This document shows positions 1 through 9,755 of a stretch of 25,833 bases of DNA, piece by piece. Where the stretch lies: the IMG/VR virus record IMGVR_UViG_2563366846_000009; one strand, given 5' to 3'. The position numbers and the translations under genes were made by a program. The notes under the pieces were generated by a model, which did not search any database, was not told where the DNA came from, and worked only from the letters and a program-made list of their open reading frames with translations. Every line of letters begins with the position of its first letter. Positions within the stretch are counted from its first letter, which is position 1. Origin of the DNA: a virus. Its lineage: Duplodnaviria > Heunggongvirae > Uroviricota > Caudoviricetes.

Positions 1-1167
1 ACCAACAGGCAATGCAGAGCCTTCCCCCAAACCAAGGTAATCAAGAACTCCCTGTGTGCTGGGCTTACTAAGAATGGCACGACCAACACTTGTCAGTGCA
101 GTTAACGCGGCACGATCTACCCCTGTAAAATATGGGAGTTTATCTGCTGATGTGGCAAGCTTCGCCAGCGCCGTCAGGGTGGCATCCTTCGGTTGCTTAC
201 CCGCAAGCGCGTTAGTCATGGTGGTCGCAAAATTCGGGTCGTTGCCCAACGCCACCGCCAGCTCGTTCAGCGTGTTCAGTGCATCAGGTGACGAATCTAC
301 AAGGGCGGCAATCGCAGCCATAACGAAAGCCGTGCTTGCGATTTGGGTATTATTCGTTCCCTGTCGCGCAGTTGGTGTTGTTGGCGTTCCGGTCAGTTCC
401 GGACTGTTTAATGGGGCTTTCTTATTTGTTTCATTCATTACCGCCTTAACCGCTTTTGGCGTCGCAGCCAGCGTTTCAGATGTGCTGTTAGTGGCGCTAC
501 TGAGCTGAACTATCCCTTTTCGCGCAGTGGTAGCGTCCTGTGCGGTGTATTTGCCATTAGCCATGTCATATGCCGCCTTAACAGCCTTAGGCGTCGCAGC
601 CAGCGTTTCAGACGTGCTGTTGGTGGCGCTGCTAAGTTGAACAAAGCCTTTTGCGGTCAGCGAGGCGCCCGGGTGACGTCGTGACTTCTCGTGCTCTGAG
701 ATTTTATCATCCACATATTTGCGGGTTGCCAGAACCACAGACGGGTCGATTTTCAGCGTGATGGCTTCGGTGTTCGTGACAACCAGAATCATGCGGATAG
801 TCTGGGTGCGTCCACTGCCTTCCTGCAACTGCGGTTTGTACGTTTCCGGGCAGTTTGCCACCGCAATGAGTACACCTTCATCATCATAAAGACCAATCTC
901 ACGGATCCAGAATCCTCCCTCGTTTTCAGGGATGATTTGCTCCGCAATAATCTGGCTCTGATTGTTAGGGTCAACACTCAGAAGATTCAGCGGTGCAATG
1001 CGTTTCTGGTTAATCAGTTTTGTTTGTGCAGGGTCTGGTGTTGGTAACACACCATTTGCATCACCAACGGCCATTTGCGTCAGATTCAGCTTACTGCCGA
1101 GCATCGTCGCGTTAGCCAGTCGTGCCGCGCCCTGATTAGTCAGAATGGCGTAGTATTTCACTGTCAT
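1..1167 (-). CDS. H: Tail fibre protein H, N-terminal 389 codons; gene runs off the window start
   Basis: Manual minus-strand translation from ATG at 1167..1165 gives MTVKYYAILTNQGAARLANA... and the twice-repeated SAT NSTSETLAATPKAVKA motif typical of P2 gpH. The start overlaps the I stop (ATGA). Absent from the ORF track only because no stop lies inside the window. Confidence 0.85.
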   Translation of the reverse strand, partial: MTVKYYAILTNQGAARLANATMLGSKLNLTQMAVGDANGVLPTPDPAQTKLINQKRIAPLNLLSVDPNNQSQIIAEQIIPENEGGFWIREIGLYDDEGVLIAVANCPETYKPQLQEGSGRTQTIRMILVVTNTEAITLKIDPSVVLATRKYVDDKISEHEKSRRHPGASLTAKGFVQLSSATNSTSETLAATPKAVKAAYDMANGKYTAQDATTARKGIVQLSSATNSTSETLAATPKAVKAVMNETNKKAPLNSPELTGTPTTPTARQGTNNTQIASTAFVMAAIAALVDSSPDALNTLNELAVALGNDPNFATTMTNALAGKQPKDATLTALAKLATSADKLPYFTGVDRAALTALTSVGRAILSKPSTQGVLDYLGLGEGSALPVG

Positions 1168-1772
1168 GCGTTTACTCTCAGATTATCAATTAAATGAATG
1201 GCCGGGGCAGGGAAATAATCCCCTTCGACAATAATGGACTCCTGGGTGTAGGGATAAACCGTCAGGGCATCGCCGTGATAGCATCCCGTACCAACGAAAA
1301 TCTTTCCGTTCACACTCAGGCTGATCGCCAGCCCCGTCAGATGGCGACTTACTGGTTTTGCATCCGCAATAAGGCGCTCAAGTTCCTGATACATTTCATC
1401 GGTGATGCCCTGATCAAGTACTCCGACAACAATGCGAAATGTTCCCGGCTCCTCGTTGAGTTGCCACCACTCCTTTACTTCAATCAGGTAGCCGAGAGGC
1501 TCCACGGCTCTTCGCAGTGCGCTGATGGTCCCTTTGTGTCGGTGTATCAGCCATGCATCACGAATCACCTGTCGCTTTGTCTCTTCCGGCCAGTTACGAT
1601 CCCAGCGGTCAACGGAAAACGCCCAGGCGAGATAAGGCAGCAGATGCACCGGGCATGTGTCCGGCGACCACAGCGTGTTGAGGTCTACCGGGATGTCTGT
1701 AATGCGCGTTCCGACAGCTTCGGCACAACGCATGAAATTGCTGGCTGATGGCGGTAACAGTGAATTACTCAT
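1164..1772 (-). CDS. I: Baseplate/tail protein I
   Basis: Translation ...LWSPDTCPVHLLPYLAWAFSVDRWDRNWPEETKRQVIRDAWLIHRHKGTISALRRAVEPLGYLIEVKEWW... resembles P2 gpI. Start chosen at the internal Met (MSNSLLPP) by comparison with P2; the ORF track starts it at 1805. Confidence 0.8.
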   Translation of the reverse strand: MSNSLLPPSASNFMRCAEAVGTRITDIPVDLNTLWSPDTCPVHLLPYLAWAFSVDRWDRNWPEETKRQVIRDAWLIHRHKGTISALRRAVEPLGYLIEVKEWWQLNEEPGTFRIVVGVLDQGITDEMYQELERLIADAKPVSRHLTGLAISLSVNGKIFVGTGCYHGDALTVYPYTQESIIVEGDYFPAPAIHLIDNLRVNA

Positions 1773-2661
1773 TACGCCCACCTTCGCTGATGGTGAATGA
1801 CTCACAGCGCGCCGCCTGTATGTCGCTGATGGCCATATTCTGTGTGGGTTCGATTATCTCCACGCGTTGCACGCCGTGTACATGAAGTGCGGCAGCGATG
1901 GCGGACAACGCCACGTCCTGACCGATAAGCCCCTGTTCAGCCAGCCACTTCCTGAACGACGATTCCGCTGCGGCCAGAATAGGTTCGGATTCCGGACCGG
2001 GGTAAAAGTACAGTTTTGCATTCAGCCGCCATGTCACGATTCTGGCGCTCTGTACGGTCAGGCGGTCGGCCACCGGGCGGGTGTCCTCTGCATTCAGAAC
2101 GGAGCGAACGGTATTAAGCAGCGCCTCCGTTGCTGTGCCGTCGCCTTCAGTGGACAGAATGGAAACCGTCACACAGGCCGGAGACGGGCTGATGGCCCGC
2201 GCATCACGCACCAGACCGCTGGCGCTGCGTGCAAAATACTCGTATGCGCCTGACGGGCCTGCAACACTCAGGCCGTCATACGCCCGCTGCGCCCGCAGTC
2301 TCAGCGAGGTGTCGCTCTCCATCACCGCGTCGGTGGTATCCGTTGCCGGAGTGATAACCAGGCGCTTTGTGTTCATATTGCCCGCGAGGTTGTCCAGGTT
2401 TGTCCCTGAACCGTGGCTTAACATGCAGGCGCGTGCACCCTCGTTAACCCGCTGGCGTAACAGCATTTCACGAAACGACATGGTTTGAGCGATAACGTTA
2501 AGGGGGTCCGATTCCAGCTCCAGCGCGGCGGAAACGGCTTCACGCTGTTCGGCGGGATAAGCCGCAATCATCATGGCCTTTGTGTCAGCCAGAATTGCTT
2601 CAAAGTCAGGCTCCGCGATGATGGCGGGTTCCGGTAACTGGGAAAGGTCAACGGCGGGCAT
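1765..2661 (-). CDS. J: Baseplate assembly protein J
   Basis: 298-aa ORF at the expected position and size for P2 gpJ, short overlap with I. Confidence 0.85.
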   Translation of the reverse strand: MPAVDLSQLPEPAIIAEPDFEAILADTKAMMIAAYPAEQREAVSAALELESDPLNVIAQTMSFREMLLRQRVNEGARACMLSHGSGTNLDNLAGNMNTKRLVITPATDTTDAVMESDTSLRLRAQRAYDGLSVAGPSGAYEYFARSASGLVRDARAISPSPACVTVSILSTEGDGTATEALLNTVRSVLNAEDTRPVADRLTVQSARIVTWRLNAKLYFYPGPESEPILAAAESSFRKWLAEQGLIGQDVALSAIAAALHVHGVQRVEIIEPTQNMAISDIQAARCESFTISEGGRNE

Positions 2662-2664
2662 GAT

Positions 2665-3015
2665 TTACTCCCTCAGCGTGATGGTTAATTCAACATTCTG
2701 CATGGTCTGCATGACAGTGCCCGACAGCGTCACCCCGGCGCGGCCTCCCGCTTTCCAGACAACGTCGATGGCGTCCAGGGCAATGCGGGGTTCCCATCGT
2801 GTCAGCGCAATCACGGCAGCACTCATGCATTGCAGACGCGTGGTGTTATTCATGGGTTCGTCAATCAAATCAGGCACAAGGCTGCCATATTCCCGTCGCA
2901 TAACCCGGCTTGCCAGCGGGGTGGTCAGGATGTCCCTGACTGACTGTTTCAGGTGCTCCATATCGTTCAGGTTTCCCGTCCCGTCCGGGTTCATTCCTGT
3001 GTAGCGGGTTGTCAC
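2665..3015 (-). CDS. W: Baseplate wedge protein W (gp25-like)
   Basis: 116-aa ORF between J and V, matching P2 gpW in size and position. Confidence 0.8.
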   Translation of the reverse strand: MTTRYTGMNPDGTGNLNDMEHLKQSVRDILTTPLASRVMRREYGSLVPDLIDEPMNNTTRLQCMSAAVIALTRWEPRIALDAIDVVWKAGGRAGVTLSGTVMQTMQNVELTITLRE

Positions 3016-3593
3016 TGCGGGCCTCCTGTCGAATCGCTGCCACCTTTAACGCCACCGTGTTTATGCGTATGCACTGTGATGCCGTTTGAGGTGAAGTCGC
3101 CGCCGCTGTGCGTGATATTGCCGCTCATCTTTCCCCCTTTTGTGACGTCAATCTCGGCTGTTTTCAGAAGGTTTGTGCATTCCACGACGGGCGTATCCAG
3201 TTTCACGCTGACGGATGCCTGCAAAGTGGCCGTTTTCATGCCGCTGGCACTCAGTGCGCCTGCGTCCGCGTCGTAGCGGAACACCGCGCCATCCGGCGCG
3301 CTGACCACGATTTCTTTCAGGCTTTTGCCGGGGGCCGGACTGGCATCACTCCACAGGCTGCCAATTATCATGGCGGTTTCCGGGTTGCCGCCAATGCAGG
3401 CAATTACCACCTGTTCGCCGGGTGATGGCGGCAGCCACACATTGAAGGCTCCCGCGCGCGTGGTGTTCCAGCGCAACCAGCCTGTTTCCAGTTCGCCGCT
3501 GCGAACGCGCACGCGCCAGGACTTCTCATCAACTTCAGAGATGATCCCGGTGCGGATGATGTTGCTCAGCAGTCGCATGAGTTCTGCGCTCAC
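3012..3593 (-). CDS. V: Baseplate spike/assembly protein V
   Basis: 193-aa ORF overlapping W by 4 nt (translational coupling), position as in P2. Confidence 0.8.
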   Translation of the reverse strand: MSAELMRLLSNIIRTGIISEVDEKSWRVRVRSGELETGWLRWNTTRAGAFNVWLPPSPGEQVVIACIGGNPETAMIIGSLWSDASPAPGKSLKEIVVSAPDGAVFRYDADAGALSASGMKTATLQASVSVKLDTPVVECTNLLKTAEIDVTKGGKMSGNITHSGGDFTSNGITVHTHKHGGVKGGSDSTGGPQ

Positions 3594-4234
3594 CGTACAG
3601 CCTCCGCAATCCGGCCCAGCACCGTGTTATAAATCAGGCGCTCATCTGCCTGGCTGATACCCAGCAGCTCACGTACCGGGTAATCGGTGAAAATGCCCGG
3701 CGCAACCTGATCGCGCTCACCGAACTGATGAACGCGTGCAATACGTGCGGCCACGCCGCTGTAACCCACCGTCACACCGGAAGCATCTGCACGGGCTTTC
3801 AGGTAGCGGGCGGTGCGCAGTTTTACGAACATGGGGACGCGCTTTGTGCTGTCCTGGTTGATGCGCCGGGTGCGTATTTCCAGAAAGCGGTCGATGTCAT
3901 CCCGGTAAAACGTGCGGATGTTGTTTTTATCCTCATCCCACCCGGTGATGGTTCGCCCGTATTTCCCCGTGTCGTGATGCCAGTTTTTCAGCGTGCGTGC
4001 TTCGTTATTCCAGATAAAGCGAATGCGTTCCTGTATCCGGGTTACGCGGCGTCTGCGTGGTGTCCATGCGGTCCCGTCCGGCGCTTTCTGTGACCGGATA
4101 CGTGCCTGCTGGGCGCGACGTAAATCCTGTGCCAGCTTTCTGGCGATGTTATTGATGGCCTGCTGATTCAGGCTGTCGCGGATGGCCTCAAAGGTTTCAT
4201 CCACGCGGGTGAATGCCTTATCCATCGCTTTCAC
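3590..4234 (-). CDS. S: Virion morphogenesis / tail completion protein (S-like)
   Basis: 214-aa ORF between R and V with a basic, Arg-rich N-terminal half; assigned by synteny with P2 S. True start may be internal. Confidence 0.65.
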   Translation of the reverse strand: MKAMDKAFTRVDETFEAIRDSLNQQAINNIARKLAQDLRRAQQARIRSQKAPDGTAWTPRRRRVTRIQERIRFIWNNEARTLKNWHHDTGKYGRTITGWDEDKNNIRTFYRDDIDRFLEIRTRRINQDSTKRVPMFVKLRTARYLKARADASGVTVGYSGVAARIARVHQFGERDQVAPGIFTDYPVRELLGISQADERLIYNTVLGRIAEAVR

Positions 4235-4685
4235 CCCACGTCACATCCTGGAATACATGCGACCAGTCGCCTTCGGAAGATGGCAGGCGGGGTTTTGGCT
4301 CCGGCAGGTGTTCTGCCTGCGGCGTGCCCTGACTGCTGCGCGTGATGCGAACGCGTTCCCGCAGAGGGAGCGTAAACAGGAGATCGGCGCTGTCATCGTC
4401 ATTGATAACGGCGGAGAACTTGATGTCCTGATTACGCTCCGGATTGAGCAACAACTGCGGCTGATTTTCGGATAACCACGCCAGCAGCGGCAGCGTGAGA
4501 TCGTCCAGCTCCCCGGCGTAATCCATGACAAACATCACCATCTGATAGCGGTAAACAAACGAGGGAGTTTCTCCGGTCGTTTCAATGTTGCCGCTCTCCA
4601 CGAAAATGGTGAATTTTTCCGGGTTGGCCTGACACCATCGGCATGAACGGGTCATGGCTTCACGCAGGGAATCAGTTTTCAGCAT
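4218..4685 (-). CDS. R: Tail completion protein R
   Basis: 155-aa ORF, same length as P2 gpR, directly downstream of the lysis genes. Confidence 0.7.
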   Translation of the reverse strand: MLKTDSLREAMTRSCRWCQANPEKFTIFVESGNIETTGETPSFVYRYQMVMFVMDYAGELDDLTLPLLAWLSENQPQLLLNPERNQDIKFSAVINDDDSADLLFTLPLRERVRITRSSQGTPQAEHLPEPKPRLPSSEGDWSHVFQDVTWGESDG

Positions 4686-4992
4686 GGTTGTTGTCCTCGT
4701 TGTTCAGTCGTTGCAGCCTGCGCTGTTCCAGTAATTCAATGGCCCGCTTATCGGCGTTACAGGTTTCCAGTGCGTCAAGGAGGCTGTCGCTCCATATTCC
4801 GATGTTTCCCCATGATGGCGTCGCCGGAAACGGAGGGGGAAGTACGGGGGCGGTCAGCCCTTCCGGAATGAAACGGAACGACGGCGGCAGCGCGGGCGCG
4901 TCCTGCGTGCTGCTGCAACCGCTCAGTAAAGCGAGCATCAGGAACAGCGCGGGCACATGCATCTGTCGTGATATCGTTGCGTAGCTGTTCAC
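4672..4992 (-). CDS. lysC: Outer-membrane spanin lipoprotein (Rz1/LysC-like); start probably at internal Met near 4962
   Basis: Signal peptide with lipobox (MHVPALFLMLALLSGCSS) and a proline-rich mature part. The gene starts inside the i-spanin gene in another frame and extends past its stop, as P2 lysC does relative to lysB. Confidence 0.7.
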   Translation of the reverse strand: MNSYATISRQMHVPALFLMLALLSGCSSTQDAPALPPSFRFIPEGLTAPVLPPPFPATPSWGNIGIWSDSLLDALETCNADKRAIELLEQRRLQRLNNEDNNHAEN

Positions 4993-5230
4993 GTCGGATT
5001 TCCCCTTCCTGTTGTCGGTTCTGGCGCTCTGTCATGACGTCACGCAGTACACCGGATGCGGTGCTGATGATGGTGCCGGCCTCTTTCAGGGTCCGGCTGT
5101 AATCGTCCAGTTGCGCCTGTGTATAACGGTTGTGTCCGTCTTCCTGCCCCAGTCTGAATGTCTGCCAGAGTGTTATGGTCAGCAGTGTGAGGACGGTCAG
5201 TGCCATCATCAGGATGTAACGCACTTTCAT
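4775..5230 (-). CDS. lysB: Inner-membrane spanin (Rz/LysB-like)
   Basis: N-terminal transmembrane helix (ILMMALTVLTLLTITLW) followed by a charged periplasmic region; overlaps the lipoprotein spanin and starts at the endolysin stop. Confidence 0.7.
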   Translation of the reverse strand: MKVRYILMMALTVLTLLTITLWQTFRLGQEDGHNRYTQAQLDDYSRTLKEAGTIISTASGVLRDVMTERQNRQQEGEIRREQLRNDITTDACARAVPDARFTERLQQHAGRARAAAVVPFHSGRADRPRTSPSVSGDAIMGKHRNMERQPP

Positions 5231-5775
5231 GACTGGCCTCCGGTGTCACGTAAGCACCATGCCCGAAAATCAGTACGACGGTTAACCAGTCCCTGTGAGC
5301 GTTCGCCGCCGCTGTTCACGAAGTCAGTCAGTCTGTTGCACATGTCAGGCCAGTTGTGCGCCTGTGCATGTTTCCAGATAGTGGTGCGGTGGTAGTTACG
5401 GTTCTTATCCCTGAACCACATAAGATTTCTGCATCCCAGATTAAAGGCAGCATCTGTCATTGCCTCAAACGCGGACTGTGGCATGGCGTTGCCGCTGAAG
5501 TTCTGATTTATGCAGTTTTCTGCATGTTGCATATCATTAACCCAGCGCCCGGCGACTTCCGTTTCGGTGTGCAGACGATTTTCCACATGCCCGGTCGAGC
5601 CGCACCCCACGGTCATTACCCCGGCAATATCCCGGTAAGGCGTTGCGCGACAGTCCTCCCATGTGGCAATGCGGATTTGCGCTTCCGGGCTGGTCCGGAG
5701 TTTGTGGGGAGCAATGGAGAACCCCAGCGCCACAATGGCAGCTACGGCGTAACGTTTAACGGGCAGCTTTATCAT
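5227..5775 (-). CDS. K: Endolysin (phage lysozyme) with hydrophobic N-terminal segment
   Basis: 182-aa ORF in the P2 K position. N-terminus (KRYAVAAIVALGFSIAP) looks like a signal-anchor, suggesting a SAR-type endolysin. Confidence 0.8.
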   Translation of the reverse strand: MIKLPVKRYAVAAIVALGFSIAPHKLRTSPEAQIRIATWEDCRATPYRDIAGVMTVGCGSTGHVENRLHTETEVAGRWVNDMQHAENCINQNFSGNAMPQSAFEAMTDAAFNLGCRNLMWFRDKNRNYHRTTIWKHAQAHNWPDMCNRLTDFVNSGGERSQGLVNRRTDFRAWCLRDTGGQS

Positions 5776-6058
5776 GTGTATCGTTATCCCGCAGAATGTT
5801 CAGAGCCTGACGCTCACTGTCGTGAAGTGGCCGGGCGTCTGACTGTGCCAGGATACTGGCGATGAGTTCATTGCGACGCTGCATGACGGTTTCCATCAGG
5901 CGGCGATGTCGCCAGGCATGTAATGCAGACAGAGAACCGAGTAACAACCCGGCAAGGGCGATTTTTTCACTGATGGTCATCACGCCTATTGTGGTGGCTG
6001 TGACTGATGCCCAGAAGGTGATCCAGTCACTCACCCGCTGAAAAAAACCTGTCACCAT
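5756..6058 (-). CDS. Y: Holin
   Basis: Internal ATG at 6058..6056 gives a 100-aa protein with hydrophobic helices (WITFWASVTATTIGVMTISEKIALAGLLLGSLSALHAW) and a charged C-terminus, in the P2 Y position. The upstream 108 codons of the tracked ORF are low-complexity and overlap gene X. Confidence 0.7.
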   Translation of the reverse strand: MVTGFFQRVSDWITFWASVTATTIGVMTISEKIALAGLLLGSLSALHAWRHRRLMETVMQRRNELIASILAQSDARPLHDSERQALNILRDNDTHDKAAR

Positions 6059-6255
6059 AGCTGTATCATCTCTCGTTGTTTTTTCTTCTCCGGTTCCGGC
6101 ATTTCCACCTCCTGTCCGGCTTCCAGAAATACCTGTCGGCAGAGTCCGGGGTTGGCCTCCAGCACCTTTTCGGTGACGCCCTGAGTTCTGCCGTAGTGCC
6201 GGAAACAGAGTAAATCCACGGTGTCTCCCTGAATGGCCCTGACTTTCATCAGCAC
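6052..6255 (-). CDS. X: Tail protein X
   Basis: 67-aa ORF, same length as P2 gpX, between holin and L. GTG start, or ATG two codons in. Confidence 0.8.
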   Translation of the reverse strand: MLMKVRAIQGDTVDLLCFRHYGRTQGVTEKVLEANPGLCRQVFLEAGQEVEMPEPEKKKQREMIQLW

Positions 6256-6752
6256 AACTCCGCAAACAGGCGGGGGCGGCCCAGAATGTCAGCAATGGCC
6301 CATCGCACATCACGCCACAAATCATCTGTCTGTGCGTCAAGGGCATCGGCCCGGCGCTCCCCCTTGTCGGTGGTGTCTGCATCCCTGTACCGTTCCAGAA
6401 TCAGGGCACGGGTGGCAGCATAAACCGCGTTACGCCAGTGCCAGAGATTGACGCTTTCTCCGTTAATTACGGGTGCCGGAACATCAGCCAGCGTCTGATG
6501 GCCAGCCGCCTGCTGTTCCTGCTGCCATGCCTCCAGCTCGCGGGTAACATGTGCCACGGCCCCGGTGGCGGTGTGCAGCAGGCGGGAGGTGGTCACGCGG
6601 CCCGGCAGTCGTACCGCCAGACGCAGCTCACGCAGCACAATATCCGGCCAGAATGCACCCGCTGAAATACGGGTATCACCATCATCGGTATCGGTGATGT
6701 CGTCCTCTGCGGGGCCGGGGTTGGTTCTGGCAACCATACTCATGGGATTCAC
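6249..6752 (-). CDS. L: Head completion/stabilisation protein L
   Basis: 167-aa ORF at the P2 L position and size. Confidence 0.8.
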   Translation of the reverse strand: MNPMSMVARTNPGPAEDDITDTDDGDTRISAGAFWPDIVLRELRLAVRLPGRVTTSRLLHTATGAVAHVTRELEAWQQEQQAAGHQTLADVPAPVINGESVNLWHWRNAVYAATRALILERYRDADTTDKGERRADALDAQTDDLWRDVRWAIADILGRPRLFAELC

Positions 6753-6776
6753 TCCTGAAAAAATCGGGCGGTGGGT

Positions 6777-6818
6777 GCGCGGTGTAAACGGTTACGGAGT
6801 CAAACCGTAACACCGCGC
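6777..6818 (-). terminator. Two-stem GC-rich hairpin between M and L followed by a T-run on the minus strand (possible attenuator)
   Basis: gcgcggt...gttacgg agtcaaa ccgtaac accgcgc forms nested stems; the minus strand continues with gattttttcagg before the L ribosome-binding site. Read by eye. Confidence 0.35.
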
Positions 6819-6844
6819 ACGCCGCCCGCTGACGGGGTCAGTCG

Positions 6845-7645
6845 TTAACCGCGCTTCGCCTTCTGCGTCGCGGTGGTTTTTCGTGTTGCAGGCTTCCGCG
6901 TTGTCTTTTTACTTTTGCTGCTTTCGTTCTGCGCCTGCGGTGTGCTGGCATCTTCTGGTGCGACTGCGGAATCGGCTTTTTTCAGGGCGCGGGAAAGGGT
7001 TGCAATCTCGCGTTTCACACCTGCGTTCGGGTTCAGGTGCATTGCTTCGCGCAGCAGCTTCAGTGACAGGGCCATGCTGTCCGCATCACTCAGGCCACGG
7101 CGGGCAAAGGCGCACGCCTTGCATAATTTGGCGCGCACTTCGTCCGGCATGTCCTGGTCGGTGACAATCTCCCGGAGGGTATCCAGTGGTTCGATAAAGG
7201 CGGACAAATCCGCGTCTGCATCCGTCCCGGCCTGCGTCAGTACCGGGTTGCAGATTTCTTCGGTCAGCACTGTGGCAGCAGTACGGCCAAAGTTATCCGG
7301 CATGATGAGGTTATGACGGACCACATACGCCCCGATACGCAGCGCCAGCGGAAGATCGCCGCAGTCAATCGCCCACACCATCAGCGTGGCAATCACTTCG
7401 TCCTGCTGCCCGCCGTCAGCCTCCAGCGTTCCCTCAATCCAGCCGGAAAAGTCCGGCAACAACTCTTTTTTGATGGCGGCTTTCGCGCTTCTGGCCTGTA
7501 CGCCCTTAAGCCGGGCCTGTGCCAGACGCAGACGATACAGCACCTCTTCATGCGCGGTACGCGCGGCGTGGTCCGCGCCTTCATTCGCCCGGCCTGCGCG
7601 CTGTGCCATCACGTTCTGCCAGTGTTGCTGTGCAGGAGTAATCAT
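6845..7645 (-). CDS. M: Terminase endonuclease (small) subunit M
   Basis: 266-aa ORF at the P2 M position with a basic Lys/Thr-rich C-terminal tail. Confidence 0.8.
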   Translation of the reverse strand: MITPAQQHWQNVMAQRAGRANEGADHAARTAHEEVLYRLRLAQARLKGVQARSAKAAIKKELLPDFSGWIEGTLEADGGQQDEVIATLMVWAIDCGDLPLALRIGAYVVRHNLIMPDNFGRTAATVLTEEICNPVLTQAGTDADADLSAFIEPLDTLREIVTDQDMPDEVRAKLCKACAFARRGLSDADSMALSLKLLREAMHLNPNAGVKREIATLSRALKKADSAVAPEDASTPQAQNESSKSKKTTRKPATRKTTATQKAKRG

Positions 7646-7690
7646 TTTTTCTCTCCGTTACAGGCGGGCATGATGCCCGCCGTGAGTTGA

Positions 7691-8743
7691 TTAGCTGTCG
7701 GCGAACTTCAGGCCAGTGACCATCGCGCACTTGCCATAGTCTTCAACGACATAAGCGTCATTGATGGACTGGTAGGTGGCGATGCGGTTGTATTCCGGTT
7801 CGTCTTTCATCAGGCGACGCATTGAACCTTTCTGCCAGTAAATCGACAGGTTGTTGAACGAGGTGATCAGCATCGTTGCATCCGGGAAGAACGGCGCAAG
7901 GAACACGCCCAGCCCGCCAATGGTGCGCGATGACAGGATGAGCTGCCCGGCGAGTAATTCCGCATTGGGACTCTGGCCGCTGATGCTGTTCAGCACGGGC
8001 AGACGCAGCGAGTTAAACAGGTTGCGCCCCATAATCACCACGAGGTCGTCTGCTTCCTTGTGCCATTCATCCAGCAGGGATGAGCGCGCGTCCTGTACCA
8101 GTGCATCAGGGTTCGCATACTTACCCGCGTGCGCCACGGTGTTGTCCATGTTGCGGGAGGTCAGTGTCACGTCATTCATTACGCGCTCGCTGGCGTTGGT
8201 TCTGATGTGCTCCAGCCATCCCACGTTAACGTCCTGAAGCAGCTTGTTGGCGCTGAAGTTGGACTCATCCGCGTGAGACGTGCCGTTGAAACCGATCATG
8301 ATGCGATCAAGTGCCACCTGTCGGGCAATCTGTGCGCTGATGCGGGACTGAAAATCAGGGTGTGCCGACCAGGCATCAAGCTGCGGATACGAAATAAACG
8401 TGTCGTAGTTCACCTGTTCGCACTGGTATTTGCGGTTTTTCAGATCAACCACGTTATTCGGGTTACGGCGTTTTGTTCCGTCATAACTGGTATTCGTGCG
8501 TGCAATCGGTCCTGTGGTGTCCAGGAGGATTTTTTCGCCTTTCTGGTCGGTCACGCCGATCACGTTAATTTTTTTTGTAAGTTCGGTGCTATCCTTTGAG
8601 GCGTTTTCAAAACGCTGCTGCACCGCAGGTTCCGCGGTAAATCGCGATACCAGTGCGGAAACCGGGATATTATTAAGCGACGCCTGCTGCGCCATATAGC
8701 GACCCAGCTTGTTGCGGGTAATATCTGACATCACCAGATTCAT
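7691..8743 (-). CDS. N: Major capsid protein N
   Basis: 350-aa ORF at the P2 N position and size. Confidence 0.85.
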   Translation of the reverse strand: MNLVMSDITRNKLGRYMAQQASLNNIPVSALVSRFTAEPAVQQRFENASKDSTELTKKINVIGVTDQKGEKILLDTTGPIARTNTSYDGTKRRNPNNVVDLKNRKYQCEQVNYDTFISYPQLDAWSAHPDFQSRISAQIARQVALDRIMIGFNGTSHADESNFSANKLLQDVNVGWLEHIRTNASERVMNDVTLTSRNMDNTVAHAGKYANPDALVQDARSSLLDEWHKEADDLVVIMGRNLFNSLRLPVLNSISGQSPNAELLAGQLILSSRTIGGLGVFLAPFFPDATMLITSFNNLSIYWQKGSMRRLMKDEPEYNRIATYQSINDAYVVEDYGKCAMVTGLKFADS

Positions 8744-8766
8744 AAAAAATTTGCTCCTTTGTCTTA

Positions 8767-9603
8767 TCAGAAGTCAGCCAGCTGGTCATTACCGGCACCC
8801 GTTGAGGTGAACCGGCTCTGCGGATCGCTGTCCTGCGTGCGCAGCTTTTCCTTCAGTGCTGCCAGCTCTGTGGTCAGTGACGTGATTTTCTGGCTGTCCT
8901 GCTGATGGCGGGTTTCCAGTGCATTAAAACGGTCGATAATGTCAGCCTGTGACGTTGCGACGCCTTCCACCGCTTCCTGAATACGGGAGAAACTGGCGTC
9001 ATCCGCTTTGCGGCCACGGCCAATAATCCCCATTACGCGGTTAAACCACTGGGTGCCTTCTTCCTGGCGTTGTTCGGTGAGTTCGATGAGTTCCGATTCC
9101 ATAGCGACGGTGAACATCGCCACGTCTCCCTGCTGACAGTTGAATGTCATCAGTTGCATGCGTTGTTGTGCCGCAAAAGCCAGACGTTCCGTGCCCAGAC
9201 TGGCGGGGGTGTCGGTCATGGCCAGCCCGCGCAGGTAAGGGCCACCCGTGATGGTTGACTGAGGTTCCAGCTCAATACTGGAGTAAATTTTTTTACCATC
9301 GTTAAGCAGGGACATCATGCGAGCGGTCGGCTCAATTTCGGCATACAGTGCCGTGCGTCCTGCCAGCGGGCCATCGGTTATGTCTTCGGTGCTCAACCCC
9401 ACAACATCGCCCATAGCGGAAAACTCGCTACCGGGGAGTGGTGACAGGATGTGCTCAATATTCACACGTGCACCATAAACGGACGGGTTATAACTGGTGG
9501 CGGCAGCTTTCAGCATGGCGCCGTTGATTTCGCGCCCGTCTGCCGTCACACCGGAGACAGCCACACGAAACTTTTTGCGGGATGTCTTTTTTTCATTAGC
9601 CAT
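8767..9603 (-). CDS. O: Capsid scaffolding protein O
   Basis: 278-aa ORF at the P2 O position and size, upstream of and co-oriented with N. Confidence 0.85.
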   Translation of the reverse strand: MANEKKTSRKKFRVAVSGVTADGREINGAMLKAAATSYNPSVYGARVNIEHILSPLPGSEFSAMGDVVGLSTEDITDGPLAGRTALYAEIEPTARMMSLLNDGKKIYSSIELEPQSTITGGPYLRGLAMTDTPASLGTERLAFAAQQRMQLMTFNCQQGDVAMFTVAMESELIELTEQRQEEGTQWFNRVMGIIGRGRKADDASFSRIQEAVEGVATSQADIIDRFNALETRHQQDSQKITSLTTELAALKEKLRTQDSDPQSRFTSTGAGNDQLADF

Positions 9604-9755
9604 AGTTTTGTCCTCTGACTGGTTCTACGGTCATGATGGCAAAGCGTAACAGGCTGATACAAAGGGCTTTTGTTGTAAGAAAACGGCCAGAACAGGGGGT
9701 TAAGGAGAACGGTTTCGCGCGCGGGTAATCTTCCTGTAATTACTCAGGGGGAGCA
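9604..9755. promoter_or_regulatory. Divergent late promoter region between O and P
   Basis: 152-bp gap between divergent O and P starts, where P2 has its Ogr-activated PO/PP promoters. Only partial TGT/ACA dyads seen by eye (tgatACAaagggcttttgtTGT). Confidence 0.45.

Noticed and set aside
56-508. 150-aa plus-strand ORF at the start of the window
   Set aside because: It lies antisense to the tail fibre gene H, whose minus-strand translation matches P2 gpH convincingly. Ala/Val/Ser-rich composition typical of a shadow ORF.
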